Shown here piece by piece: positions 28,463 through 37,466 of a stretch of 64,000 bases of DNA. Each line of letters starts with the position of its first letter. Positions within the stretch are counted from its first letter, which is position 1. This DNA comes from an uncultured SAR86 cluster bacterium (GTDB taxonomy: Bacteria > Pseudomonadota > Gammaproteobacteria > Magnimaribacterales > D2472), in the NCBI GenBank assembly GCA_902628925.1, contig CACOPA010000001.1:253517-317516 (forward strand). Direction: 5' to 3'. The position numbers and the translations under genes are program-made. A model generated the notes under the pieces. It saw only the letters and a program-made list of their open reading frames with translations. It had not been told where the DNA came from and searched no databases.

Positions 28463-29683
28463 TCGTCTTTGATACCTAAATAATATTCCAAAACTTACGA
28501 TAATATTTATTAACGCATGCAAAGTCATGACAATGCTTGGTAGCAAGGTTTCATCAGCAAAACCAAATAGATAAATTAGTATTATCACCCCGAGTGCTCT
28601 AAAAATTTCAACATAAAGAACTGAAAAATTATTGTTCAGAGTAATGCCTATGATGCTGGATGAAATTAATATTGATCCTCCAAAGAAAGCAGTTTCAGTA
28701 TATGTTTGCTGACTGACAGTCAGAAAAACTATCATTGCGAAAACTGGCATAATGAAGATCTGAGTAAATAAAAATGGTTTCAGTGCTGAATCAAGCTTTG
28801 GATCAAATTTTTCTTCAAACTTTATATCCTTAGGAGGGAATCTTTCGATCATGTCCGCTGGCCTCCATTTGGTCGAAGAAAACCAAACTTTAATTTTATC
28901 TTTCCAGTGCTTTGTGTAGAAAGAATCTCTTACCATTCCAGAAAAGACCTCCACATTAGCCCAAAGCGGATTCCAGCTTCTCAATGGCTTAACCGTTCCA
29001 TAGATTGGCTTAATTTCATCTTTTTCTTCGATGTATGTACCGAAGAACCTATCCCAAAGTATAAAAACACCACCGTAATTAGCATCAATATACTCAGGAT
29101 TTTTTGCGTGGTGAATTCTATGATTAGACGGGGTAATAAAAATTTTCTCATACCAACCAAGCTTTCCAATGTGTTCAGTATGAACCCAATATTGATAGAT
29201 GAGATTTAAGCCGCCTACTGCAACAAAGATCAATGGTGGGACCCCTAAAATTACCATTGGTAAATAAAAAATCCATTTCCAAAGAAAACCAGTGCTCGTC
29301 TGACGCATCGCAGTTGATAAATTGAATTCTTCACCATGATGATGAACCACATGAGTTCCCCATAGTAGCTTATTCTCGTGATGTAAACGGTGCATCCAGT
29401 AATACAGAAAATCATACAAGACAAAAGCAAATACCCATGTAAAGATTGAATTTTCAGGCAGAATATTTAAGCTTAAATATGATGCAACATAAGCATAAAC
29501 CAGGCCCTGAAGTCCTAAATTTAAAATAGTAGGAAATCTGCTCAGTAATCCAATATTAATGCTAGTAATGGTATCGTTTAGTCGGTAATTATTTTTACCT
29601 TTTAATTTGCCATAGCTATATTCAATCAAAATCATGATAAAAAATATTGGAATAGCTAAAAATATTAGAAATGATTTATCCAT
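28436..29683 (-). CDS. fatty-acid hydroxylase/sterol desaturase superfamily membrane protein with C-terminal multi-TM extension (alkylglycerol-monooxygenase-like)
   Basis: 415 aa with histidine boxes HRLHHENKLLWGTHVVHHHGEEFNLSTAMRQ and HRIHH, plus NYGGVFILWDRFFGT. About 130 extra hydrophobic residues lie at the C-terminus. Confidence 0.7.
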   Translation of the reverse strand: MDKSFLIFLAIPIFFIMILIEYSYGKLKGKNNYRLNDTITSINIGLLSRFPTILNLGLQGLVYAYVASYLSLNILPENSIFTWVFAFVLYDFLYYWMHRLHHENKLLWGTHVVHHHGEEFNLSTAMRQTSTGFLWKWIFYLPMVILGVPPLIFVAVGGLNLIYQYWVHTEHIGKLGWYEKIFITPSNHRIHHAKNPEYIDANYGGVFILWDRFFGTYIEEKDEIKPIYGTVKPLRSWNPLWANVEVFSGMVRDSFYTKHWKDKIKVWFSSTKWRPADMIERFPPKDIKFEEKFDPKLDSALKPFLFTQIFIMPVFAMIVFLTVSQQTYTETAFFGGSILISSSIIGITLNNNFSVLYVEIFRALGVIILIYLFGFADETLLPSIVMTLHALINIIVSFGILFRYQRRLLIKPINN

Positions 29684-29735
29684 GATGTAATCTCAGATGG
29701 AACATTTTATCCTATTTTAAAGGTAAAATTGAACT

Positions 29736-30509
29736 ATGAAGATTTCTGTCGCAAGCGGAGGATTTGATCCGCTGCATTCTGGCCACATTCAATACCTTAA
29801 AGCCTCTGCAAACATAGGGGATCATTTGGTTGTAGCGCTTAATAGCGATGACTGGTTGATAGCTAAAAAAGGTAAAAATTTTCTTCCTTTTACTGAGAGA
29901 AAGTTGATTTTAGAACATATGGAGATGGTGGATGAAGTCATTGAGTTTGATGATGATGAACTTGGGAGCTGTAAAAATGCGCTTTATAAAATTAAAGAGA
30001 AGTATCCGAGTGATGAAATAATATTTTGTAATGGAGGAGACAGAGACCAAGATAATATCCCAGAGTTAGAAGTCGAAAATGTAATATTTAAATTTGGTGT
30101 AGGTGGAGAAAGTAAAGCTAACTCATCGAGCTGGATCTTAAAAAATTGGCATTATGGAGATGAAGATAGGATTTGGGGCAGCTATAAGAATTTACTTAAG
30201 GAATCAAATTTAACCGTTAAAGAAATTATGCTTGAACCAGGTAAGGGGATGAGCTTGCAAAAGCATTCCATGCGCAGCGAGGTTTGGTTCGTAAGCAAAG
30301 GAGAGTGTTACGTTAATCATTCTAAAGAGTCACCAGAAAAAACCGAAGAGATTTTCTTGCCAAATGAGTCAGTATTTATGGTCAATCAGGGTCACTGGCA
30401 TCAACTCTTTAATAAGTCAGATCAGCCATGCCACATCATAGAAATTCAGTATGGAGATAAAACTACTGAGGATGACATAGAAAGACACAGCTATTTTAAA
30501 AATAATTAA
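29736..30509 (+). CDS. fusion protein: cytidylyltransferase-like domain (RfaE domain II/heptose-1-P adenylyltransferase-like) + cupin (type II phosphomannose-isomerase-like)
   Basis: 257 aa. The N-terminal GGFDPLHSGHIQYL...ALNSDDW resembles RfaE-II. The C-terminal WGSY..LEPGKGMSLQKHSMRSEVWFVSKGE...HWHQL is a cupin barrel. Confidence 0.7.
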   Translation: MKISVASGGFDPLHSGHIQYLKASANIGDHLVVALNSDDWLIAKKGKNFLPFTERKLILEHMEMVDEVIEFDDDELGSCKNALYKIKEKYPSDEIIFCNGGDRDQDNIPELEVENVIFKFGVGGESKANSSSWILKNWHYGDEDRIWGSYKNLLKESNLTVKEIMLEPGKGMSLQKHSMRSEVWFVSKGECYVNHSKESPEKTEEIFLPNESVFMVNQGHWHQLFNKSDQPCHIIEIQYGDKTTEDDIERHSYFKNN

Positions 30510-30513
30510 CTAG

Positions 30514-31305
30514 CTAATTTTCAATACAACCAAGAGCATTTGCATACTCACAATTTTCTGCATACTCACCTTGTATGCCTGCAAGTTGCAGTCGTTCGCT
30601 GATTCCAGCTCGAACATTTTTAAGTAATGCAGTTCTGCCAATAAAGTAAACTTTATCAACCCCTAGCAAAAAGGCATTAAGATATGAAATCGTTCCAATA
30701 ACTTCTCCGACCATATTGCAAAGACTTGCAGCAACATTTTCCATGGTTGCAGATTCTGAGTTAACTGCTTTGCCAAAATTTGCTGCCGTGATTTCAGGAG
30801 ACAAATTACCGATCTGATTGACCACGTCGCCTATCAGAAAGTCAATTTTAGATTTATCTCCTTTTTCTGCAAATTCATCAATTTCCAATGCATCACCATT
30901 TTTAAAAAGCAGATTACCTAATCCACACAACATTCCACCCCCAACAGCAATGCCTCCCATGTGATTGCCATTCACACCATCAAAGTGCACACAAGCAGTT
31001 CCTGTGCCAGTGCTAACAATTAATGCACTTTCTTTTAGATCATAAAGTTGTTTAGCACCAAGTGCAATTGAATCAATTTCATTCTTATGACTCACAGGCA
31101 AACCATTGAATGTTTGAGGTAAGTCGCTTGATTTACCTCCAGTTACAAATATTTTTTTTATATTTTGTGGATCCTGAATGGAATCAAATACACATTTGAG
31201 GTCTTGATTTATTTTTAAAGATTTAAATGTTTGAAATTTAGTTCCTTGATCGTCAGTAATAGCAACATCTGTATTAGTAATGCCAAAATCAATTCCAATT
31301 TTCAT
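30514..31305 (-). CDS. type II pantothenate kinase-like ASKHA ATPase
   Basis: 263 aa, colinear by eye with S. aureus CoaW as I recall it: MKIGIDFG, VTGGKS, STGTGTACVHFDG...GGIAVGGGMLCGLGNLL, ITAANFG, VYFIGR. Confidence 0.65.
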   Translation of the reverse strand: MKIGIDFGITNTDVAITDDQGTKFQTFKSLKINQDLKCVFDSIQDPQNIKKIFVTGGKSSDLPQTFNGLPVSHKNEIDSIALGAKQLYDLKESALIVSTGTGTACVHFDGVNGNHMGGIAVGGGMLCGLGNLLFKNGDALEIDEFAEKGDKSKIDFLIGDVVNQIGNLSPEITAANFGKAVNSESATMENVAASLCNMVGEVIGTISYLNAFLLGVDKVYFIGRTALLKNVRAGISERLQLAGIQGEYAENCEYANALGCIEN

Positions 31306-31331
31306 CTTTTTAATAATCCGGATTATGAACC

Positions 31332-31544
31332 TTAATCTTTATTTATTTCTTCTGCTTTGCCTTCAATAATTCGTCCGGATGAACTACCTCTTTTTGAAGA
31401 AGGGTTCTTTTTTCTCCATGGAGGAGTACCCCAATTTATTCGATCATCTCTATTTGTCTGTTTAGCAGAGGCTTTAACTTTACCAAGATTAAAGAATATA
31501 AATAATGAAATCGCAGCTAGCAATCCAAAAATTATGGAGTTCAT
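31332..31544 (-). CDS. small single-pass membrane protein with basic tail
   Basis: 70-aa ORF with an N-terminal TM helix followed by a K/R/S-rich tail. It lies 4 nt downstream of the BI-1 gene on the same strand. Confidence 0.4.
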   Translation of the reverse strand: MNSIIFGLLAAISLFIFFNLGKVKASAKQTNRDDRINWGTPPWRKKNPSSKRGSSSGRIIEGKAEEINKD

Positions 31545-31548
31545 TTGG

Positions 31549-32292
31549 TTACCTGCTTCTAAGCTTAGCTAAGAGTCTAAGGATTTCTAGATAAAGCCAG
31601 ATCAGCGTTACCATCAATGAAAATGCCCCATACCACTCCATATATTTAGGAAGACTATTTTCAGCACCTTGTTCAATAAAATCAAAATCAAGAACCAAGT
31701 TAAGAGCAGCTATGCATACAACAAAAAGCGAGAAACCAATTCCAAAAATTCCATTTGAATGAATAAAACCAATACCCGAGCCAAAAAAGCTCATAACAAA
31801 ACTTACAAGATAAAGAATCATGATTCCAAATGTTGCAGAAAAAATCATTAATCTGAAATTTTCTGTTGGTTTAATTAATCCACTTTTGTAGAAAAATAAT
31901 AATGAGGCGAGCGTCCCGAAAGTTAGGCCAATAGCCTGAATCGCAATACCCGGATATTGCATTTCAAGTACCAATGAAATACCTCCCAAAAACAAACCCT
32001 TTACAAAAGCATAAATTGGGGCAGTAATTCCAGCATTTCTTGGCACAAACGAGGTATATATTGCCAGGCAAAAGCCAACAAGAGCTCCTCCAACCATTAA
32101 AAATGGGTTTGGAATATTCCAGCTGATAATCGCTCCAAAAAAACATAGTCCCAAAAGGACACCTGTTTTATTAACTGTTCCATCAAGGGTCATTCTCTCA
32201 GAACCTACAAAGCCCTGTGACTTATTAAATTTATTTCCGAAGACAGGATTTCCTGATCGACCAAATGTTTCCAAAGCAGCGTGTCTAGCCAT
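31549..32292 (-). CDS. Bax inhibitor-1/YccA-family membrane protein
   Basis: 247 aa with an N-terminal SGNPVF motif followed by 7 hydrophobic helices, as in the BI-1/YccA family. Confidence 0.7.
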   Translation of the reverse strand: MARHAALETFGRSGNPVFGNKFNKSQGFVGSERMTLDGTVNKTGVLLGLCFFGAIISWNIPNPFLMVGGALVGFCLAIYTSFVPRNAGITAPIYAFVKGLFLGGISLVLEMQYPGIAIQAIGLTFGTLASLLFFYKSGLIKPTENFRLMIFSATFGIMILYLVSFVMSFFGSGIGFIHSNGIFGIGFSLFVVCIAALNLVLDFDFIEQGAENSLPKYMEWYGAFSLMVTLIWLYLEILRLLAKLRSR

Positions 32293-32339
32293 AATTCACC
32301 TCTAATATATATTTATGGACATTTAATTAAAAGTAAAGT

Positions 32340-33365
32340 TTATAGTGAGTTAATCCATTCACTAATTACTTCAATCCCTTCAGCATGTTTTAGAGCTCTT
32401 CCAGATTCTGGCATCATGATGCCAGGATCCATCGACTTCATTCTTCTTAACAATATAGACTGGTTGGGTTTTTTTGGAACAATTGAATATTTTAGATTAA
32501 AACTTGCCTTCCCTGCAGCAACTGGCTTTTTATAAAATCCAAGACTCTTTTTATTGGTTTCTTCTAACATTAGATATAGCCCTGTGGTATCTGCTGCTCC
32601 GCCAGGGATATGACAATGAGCACAGTTTATTTCAAGGTAAGCACGTGCACGATCTTCGATGTCTTCATTAAGGCTTAAATAATTGATCATTTTCATAAAA
32701 TCTATATCTTGATCAATCCACCCCAGATCATGCCATTTAGCTAATTGGTTTTGAGATTTATTATCATAGCTTAAAATTAGATCCATATTCCTTGCTTTTG
32801 GCCCAATAGGAGTTAAAGAGGCATTAATCTGATGACACTCTTTACACTGATTTTTATTTGGCGCACTATATCTAACTGATCTGATGTTGCCGTCTTCATC
32901 ACTAAAACTTGTTTGAATAGTTCCCCCAACCAGACTGAGGTATGCTTCAGACTGATCTTCATTCCAAATGTAGCTTACCGCTTTCCATCCTCCTTCGCTG
33001 TGAATTAAGAGTCTCGTTTCTAGTAGCTGAGGAGTAAGTTCGGACATGGTATTTTGATATGAGAAAGTTTTAATCAGCACTGATCCGACTGGAAACATGA
33101 AAACTTTATTTTTTTCATGTCCTACCTTCATTGCGGGTGGAACGTATACAAATCTTTGTTTATAGGTGTAATCAGAAAAAAGCTCACTTTGAAGTTTATA
33201 AGGCAAGACTTCATCTGTTGGAATTTGATTAGTTAAATCCTTAAAGAAACGGTAATCGGAAAGCTTAGAAAAAAACCTACCCTCAATATGAGCCTGTTTA
33301 TCTATTGCCTTTATTGGTATTGATACAAAGCTTATAACTAAGAGAATAGATTTAAAGAACTTCAT
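32340..33365 (-). CDS. secreted di-haem c-type cytochrome-like protein
   Basis: 341 aa with signal peptide MKFFKSILLVISFVSIPIKA and two CxxCH motifs (CKECH, CAHCH). It overlaps the upstream gene by 14 nt. Confidence 0.75.
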   Translation of the reverse strand: MKFFKSILLVISFVSIPIKAIDKQAHIEGRFFSKLSDYRFFKDLTNQIPTDEVLPYKLQSELFSDYTYKQRFVYVPPAMKVGHEKNKVFMFPVGSVLIKTFSYQNTMSELTPQLLETRLLIHSEGGWKAVSYIWNEDQSEAYLSLVGGTIQTSFSDEDGNIRSVRYSAPNKNQCKECHQINASLTPIGPKARNMDLILSYDNKSQNQLAKWHDLGWIDQDIDFMKMINYLSLNEDIEDRARAYLEINCAHCHIPGGAADTTGLYLMLEETNKKSLGFYKKPVAAGKASFNLKYSIVPKKPNQSILLRRMKSMDPGIMMPESGRALKHAEGIEVISEWINSL

Positions 33366-34650
33366 TTAATTTAACTGCTTGTAAGGGCTTTATATTACCT
33401 GAGAATTCATTGATATCTCTTTTTACTGGGTCTAAAAGCGGCAGTATGTATTTAATTGGGTCTAATGTGATAATTGATGGAGAGCCATCTTCATCAATTA
33501 TCATCCTGTCTTCCTGATTTTGTCCAAAAAACATTTGGGAAACTGGAACCACGCCATCCCAAAAGATATCAGGCATCTCTCCATTAGAAAGTTCAAATAA
33601 AAGCCTAGCCAAATCGTTTGATTCAACGTCAGGATTTTTACCATTGTTTATGTATTCATTATTATGAATTTGTATGGAGCGAGGATGTGGATAGTAGCTT
33701 TTATCTTCATAGTCATCAGCATAGGATACTACTGCAATTCCTGTGGTGCCGTTATTTTCAATACGGTTTTCAAAGACTTCTACATGAGTGTTAGCCATCA
33801 CCATAATTCCACTTCCGCTAGGCACTTCTCCAACAATATTTCCCTCAGGTGCAAAATTCGGCGTGTTATTATTAATAACTTTATTATTGAAAACCCTTAC
33901 ATGATGTCCTCCTTGCTGTGGTAGATCCGGTAAATCAAAAACAAGGATTCCTCCTGTATTTTCTTCAGCTAAATTATCGAAGACATCTGCATAAAATGAA
34001 TTCTCTATTTCTATTCCAGCAACGTTATGCTTAACAAAACTATTTTTAACGATGATGTTTTTTGACTGTCCAACATATATGCCCGCATCAGAGGCTCCAA
34101 TTGCAACACAATCATCAATCAGAATGTTCTCAGATTCAACAGGATATAAACCATAGGCACCGTTTGTTGTTTTGGGACCGCCAGTCCATTCTGTTTTAAC
34201 TCTTATGAAGGAAATATTATCAGCACCTTTAGATTTGATCGCATCGCCTTTTGCATTCACAACTGCGAAGTCTTGCAAAGTCACATTATCAGAGGTGACC
34301 AAAAGTCCTTGTGCTCCAGATTTTTGATTGCTAAATTCTAGGATGGAAGCATCCATTCCTTCTCCTTCAATTTTGACACCCGGAACATCCAAAGATAATC
34401 CATCTTCAATAATAAAAGTACCTCCGGTGAGCCTAACAACATCCCCGGGCTCAGCAATAATTAAAGCTTCTTGAATATCTTTATAGGAATTTTCGCTGGG
34501 CTCAACAATAATTAGCGCAGCACTTAAATTAAATGATGCAAGGCCGAATAGTATTGCTAAATTAAGCTGAAGCAGGGATTTCGTTAAACTTCTCAAGCGG
34601 TTTCTCAAGCTCTTTCCAATCACACTCAAAGTCATCAGGAGCATTCTCAT
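33352..34650 (-). CDS. secreted parallel beta-helix repeat protein (NosD/CASH-like)
   Basis: 432 aa with a hydrophobic signal-like segment (LAILFGLASFNLSAA). It contains repeated short turns rich in G/N/V/I (e.g. NSFVKHNVAGIEIENS, NKVINNNTPNF, NRIENNGTTGI). The start is uncertain: ATGs at 34650/34644/34635 all overlap the upstream gene. Confidence 0.7.
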   Translation of the reverse strand: MRMLLMTLSVIGKSLRNRLRSLTKSLLQLNLAILFGLASFNLSAALIIVEPSENSYKDIQEALIIAEPGDVVRLTGGTFIIEDGLSLDVPGVKIEGEGMDASILEFSNQKSGAQGLLVTSDNVTLQDFAVVNAKGDAIKSKGADNISFIRVKTEWTGGPKTTNGAYGLYPVESENILIDDCVAIGASDAGIYVGQSKNIIVKNSFVKHNVAGIEIENSFYADVFDNLAEENTGGILVFDLPDLPQQGGHHVRVFNNKVINNNTPNFAPEGNIVGEVPSGSGIMVMANTHVEVFENRIENNGTTGIAVVSYADDYEDKSYYPHPRSIQIHNNEYINNGKNPDVESNDLARLLFELSNGEMPDIFWDGVVPVSQMFFGQNQEDRMIIDEDGSPSIITLDPIKYILPLLDPVKRDINEFSGNIKPLQAVKLNEVL

Positions 34651-35668
34651 ACTCTAATAAACCTAATGCTTCAAATTTAGGACGCACATTATCAGTTAGC
34701 AGTCCAATTCTAGATAGGTTAGGCATGATTCTTGAAAATAAGAAATTCCTAAAGGTTGAGTTTGCTGAAGTACTGAGCGTAAATTCTCTAGCTTCTTCAG
34801 CTGACATTTTTAGGTACTTCTGCATTGCAACAGTATTGATCAGTCTTTCTCTTGAAATAACACAGGCTTCATATGCAAATTCCGCTCTTTCTTCTACTTC
34901 TTCTGGCGACAATGTTTTCACAAAGTCTTCAAGATAATTAATTCCAAAAGTAACATGGCGAGCCTCATCTCTAATTACATAATGTAGTAACTGTTCTAAA
35001 AGTGGATCTTTGGTTAGACCTTTAAGCATTTGAAATGCTGCTAATGCGAGCCCTTCAATAATAATCTGCATACCTATAAATTTCAGATCCCATCTTTCAT
35101 CTGTAAGAATTTTATCCAACAACATTTTTAAATTTTTATTGATTGGATAGTGGATACCAATTTTATCTTGAAGATATTTGTTGAAGACTTCAACATGTCT
35201 TGCCTCATCAAAAGTTTGGGAGGCTGCATATAATTTTGCATTATAAGTTGGAGCGCAACTTGTGAGCTGAGATGCTACCAATAAAGCTCCTTGTTCACCA
35301 TGAAGAAATTGAGAAAGGAGTTCAGCAGCATCGTGCCTATCAAACTCAATTTTTTCTTCTTCAGTTAGTGCTTCATACGCTGCAAGTGTTTCATGAGGAA
35401 GCTGCTCATCTACTTCTACAAGCTTCTGATCAGCAGGATGAGTATAATCCCAATTTAAATCGATGGATCCATTCCAATTTAGTTGCTTGCCTAATTCATA
35501 GAGCTTCTTTATTCTATTATCCGCAACCGTATAGTCCCAGTTGTAAGCGCCGGTTAGGGGCGTATTAAATATTTCTACAATATCCTCGACATGATCCTTT
35601 GTAAGGTTCATCTCATTGTCAAAATACAGTAAATCGCTTGGTGGGCCGTCTTGTTGTTTTATCTTCAT
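34562..35668 (-). CDS. ferritin-like di-iron carboxylate protein (putative oxygenase)
   Basis: 368 aa with the four-helix-bundle ligand pattern E (HGEQGA) ... DEARH ... E (IIEGLA) ... DEARH. No signal peptide. Confidence 0.7.
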   Translation of the reverse strand: MKIKQQDGPPSDLLYFDNEMNLTKDHVEDIVEIFNTPLTGAYNWDYTVADNRIKKLYELGKQLNWNGSIDLNWDYTHPADQKLVEVDEQLPHETLAAYEALTEEEKIEFDRHDAAELLSQFLHGEQGALLVASQLTSCAPTYNAKLYAASQTFDEARHVEVFNKYLQDKIGIHYPINKNLKMLLDKILTDERWDLKFIGMQIIIEGLALAAFQMLKGLTKDPLLEQLLHYVIRDEARHVTFGINYLEDFVKTLSPEEVEERAEFAYEACVISRERLINTVAMQKYLKMSAEEAREFTLSTSANSTFRNFLFSRIMPNLSRIGLLTDNVRPKFEALGLLEYENAPDDFECDWKELEKPLEKFNEIPASA

Positions 35669-35693
35669 AGTCTTAATGTTAACAGTGTAAACA

Positions 35694-37466
35694 TTAATTA
35701 TAATACTTTTTGGTGTTTGATAAAAGTTCAGTTAACTGATCAAGCAGGACTTCGGCTAATTCTTCAGCACGATGGATGGTCACCGATCTTTGATAATATT
35801 TTGTAACATCGTGTCCAATTCCTATTGCAATTAACTCAGTATCTTCAAGTTTTGAGATTATTGAAATTGAATCATGAAGATGATTCTCTAAAAGATTATT
35901 TTCGTTGGTTGATAGTGTGCTGTCATCTACTGGAGCCCCATCAGAAATTATAATTAGAATTTTTCTTTGTTCAGGCCTAACTCGGAGTCTGCTGGCAGCC
36001 CATAACAGAGCCTCTCCATCAATATTTTCTTTAAGTAATCCATCCCTTAGCATTACTCCAAAATTTTTCCTAGCCCTTCTAAAGTTATTATCAGCAGATT
36101 TAAAAATAATGTGTCTAAGGTCATTAAGGCGACCTGGCAGAGGAACACTTCCTTGGTTCATCCAAAGCTTTCTTGCCTCACCGCCTTTCCAATGTTTGGT
36201 GGTAAAGCCTAATATTTCTGTATTAATGTTGCATCTATCAAGCGTACTTCCAATGATGTCAGCACATATTGCAGCAAGCGTCATTGATCTACCTCTCATT
36301 GAGCCTGAACTATCAATTAATATAGAGACAACTGTATCTTTAAAATTTATTTCTGATTCCTGCTTGAAACTAAGCGCGGAACCCGGCCTAGTAACAATTC
36401 TTGTAAGTCTTGCTGTATCGAGCAATCCTTCTTCAAGATTAAAATTCCAGCTTCGATTTTGCTGGGCTTGTAGAATTCTTTGTAGTCGGTTAGCTAGCTT
36501 ACCGATGGTTTGAATATGGGGTTCCATCAATCTATCTAGCTGTTGTCTTAGCCGTTGGACTTCATCACGAGTTGCTAGATCCTCTGCATTAATGATTTCA
36601 TCAAAATGCGTAGAAAAAATAGAATATTCTTGTTGTCCTAGGGATTCATTATCAGCTCTGCTATTTCTCTCTAAATCAATCTCTTCTTGTATCGATGTAT
36701 CATCAACTGCAACCTGTTCCATTGATTCAGTTTCAAAGAATTCTTCAGACATTTCTCCATCAAGGTCTGTCTCAACCGAAGAATCTTCACTAATTTCATT
36801 TTGCTCTGCATTTTCTTGTGTTTGTTGCTTATCTTGATCCTGTTCAGGCTCATCATACTTTTCATTATTAAGATCATCATCACTTTTAAGAAACTCCTTA
36901 ATTAAATCAATGCTAAGCTTTTGATATCTCTCTTGGTCATTTATTGAATTAATCAATTCAGTAAAACTATTTTCAAACGACGCTAGATAGTCTTTATCTT
37001 CTTGAAGAATTTTCTTTGCTGCATCGCCTAAATCTTTCTTTGCAATCTCGCGCATGAATAAATTAAGTGAGATTGGAAAAAAATCTTTTTCTTTTTTGCT
37101 TGAAACAAGCTCTGCAGATCTTTGCTCAATAAATTTAGCAATATTATTTTCTGAGCCTTTGTAGAGGGAGGTTCCAAGGTATTCAACACGAAATCTTTCA
37201 AGCTCATAAAAAAGCTCAACTTCTGAACTGGACAGCTCTTCTTTTAAATTTTTGTGAAATTTTTTCCAGAATAACTGTGTATCTAGACTTCCCCTCCATT
37301 GATCAAGTTTTCTTTTTGCTCTAGGAGGCAGTGGAATATGAACCTCACTGGAAGGGGAATTATTCCAGTTTCTTTTGGTGATGCTTAAATCTTTCTCTTT
37401 GCTTATTGCCCTAGCTGTTGAGTCAGCTGCAAGCTTTAAGACATCATTTGATAATTGTTCAGGCAT
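35694..37466 (-). CDS. cobT: CobT-like VWA-domain protein (cobaltochelatase CobT family)
   Basis: 590 aa with a CobT-type N-terminus, a long acidic D/E/Q linker, and a C-terminal VWA with MIDAS DSSGS ([11 protein letters not shown]). Confidence 0.85.
   Translation of the reverse strand: MPEQLSNDVLKLAADSTARAISKEKDLSITKRNWNNSPSSEVHIPLPPRAKRKLDQWRGSLDTQLFWKKFHKNLKEELSSSEVELFYELERFRVEYLGTSLYKGSENNIAKFIEQRSAELVSSKKEKDFFPISLNLFMREIAKKDLGDAAKKILQEDKDYLASFENSFTELINSINDQERYQKLSIDLIKEFLKSDDDLNNEKYDEPEQDQDKQQTQENAEQNEISEDSSVETDLDGEMSEEFFETESMEQVAVDDTSIQEEIDLERNSRADNESLGQQEYSIFSTHFDEIINAEDLATRDEVQRLRQQLDRLMEPHIQTIGKLANRLQRILQAQQNRSWNFNLEEGLLDTARLTRIVTRPGSALSFKQESEINFKDTVVSILIDSSGSMRGRSMTLAAICADIIGSTLDRCNINTEILGFTTKHWKGGEARKLWMNQGSVPLPGRLNDLRHIIFKSADNNFRRARKNFGVMLRDGLLKENIDGEALLWAASRLRVRPEQRKILIIISDGAPVDDSTLSTNENNLLENHLHDSISIISKLEDTELIAIGIGHDVTKYYQRSVTIHRAEELAEVLLDQLTELLSNTKKYYN

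Noticed and set aside
35905-36513. 202-aa plus-strand ORF (and the 36592-36837 ORF) inside the cobT region
   Set aside because: Antisense shadow of cobT. The product is S/L-rich and low-complexity with no motifs, whereas the minus-strand frame has clear CobT/VWA features.
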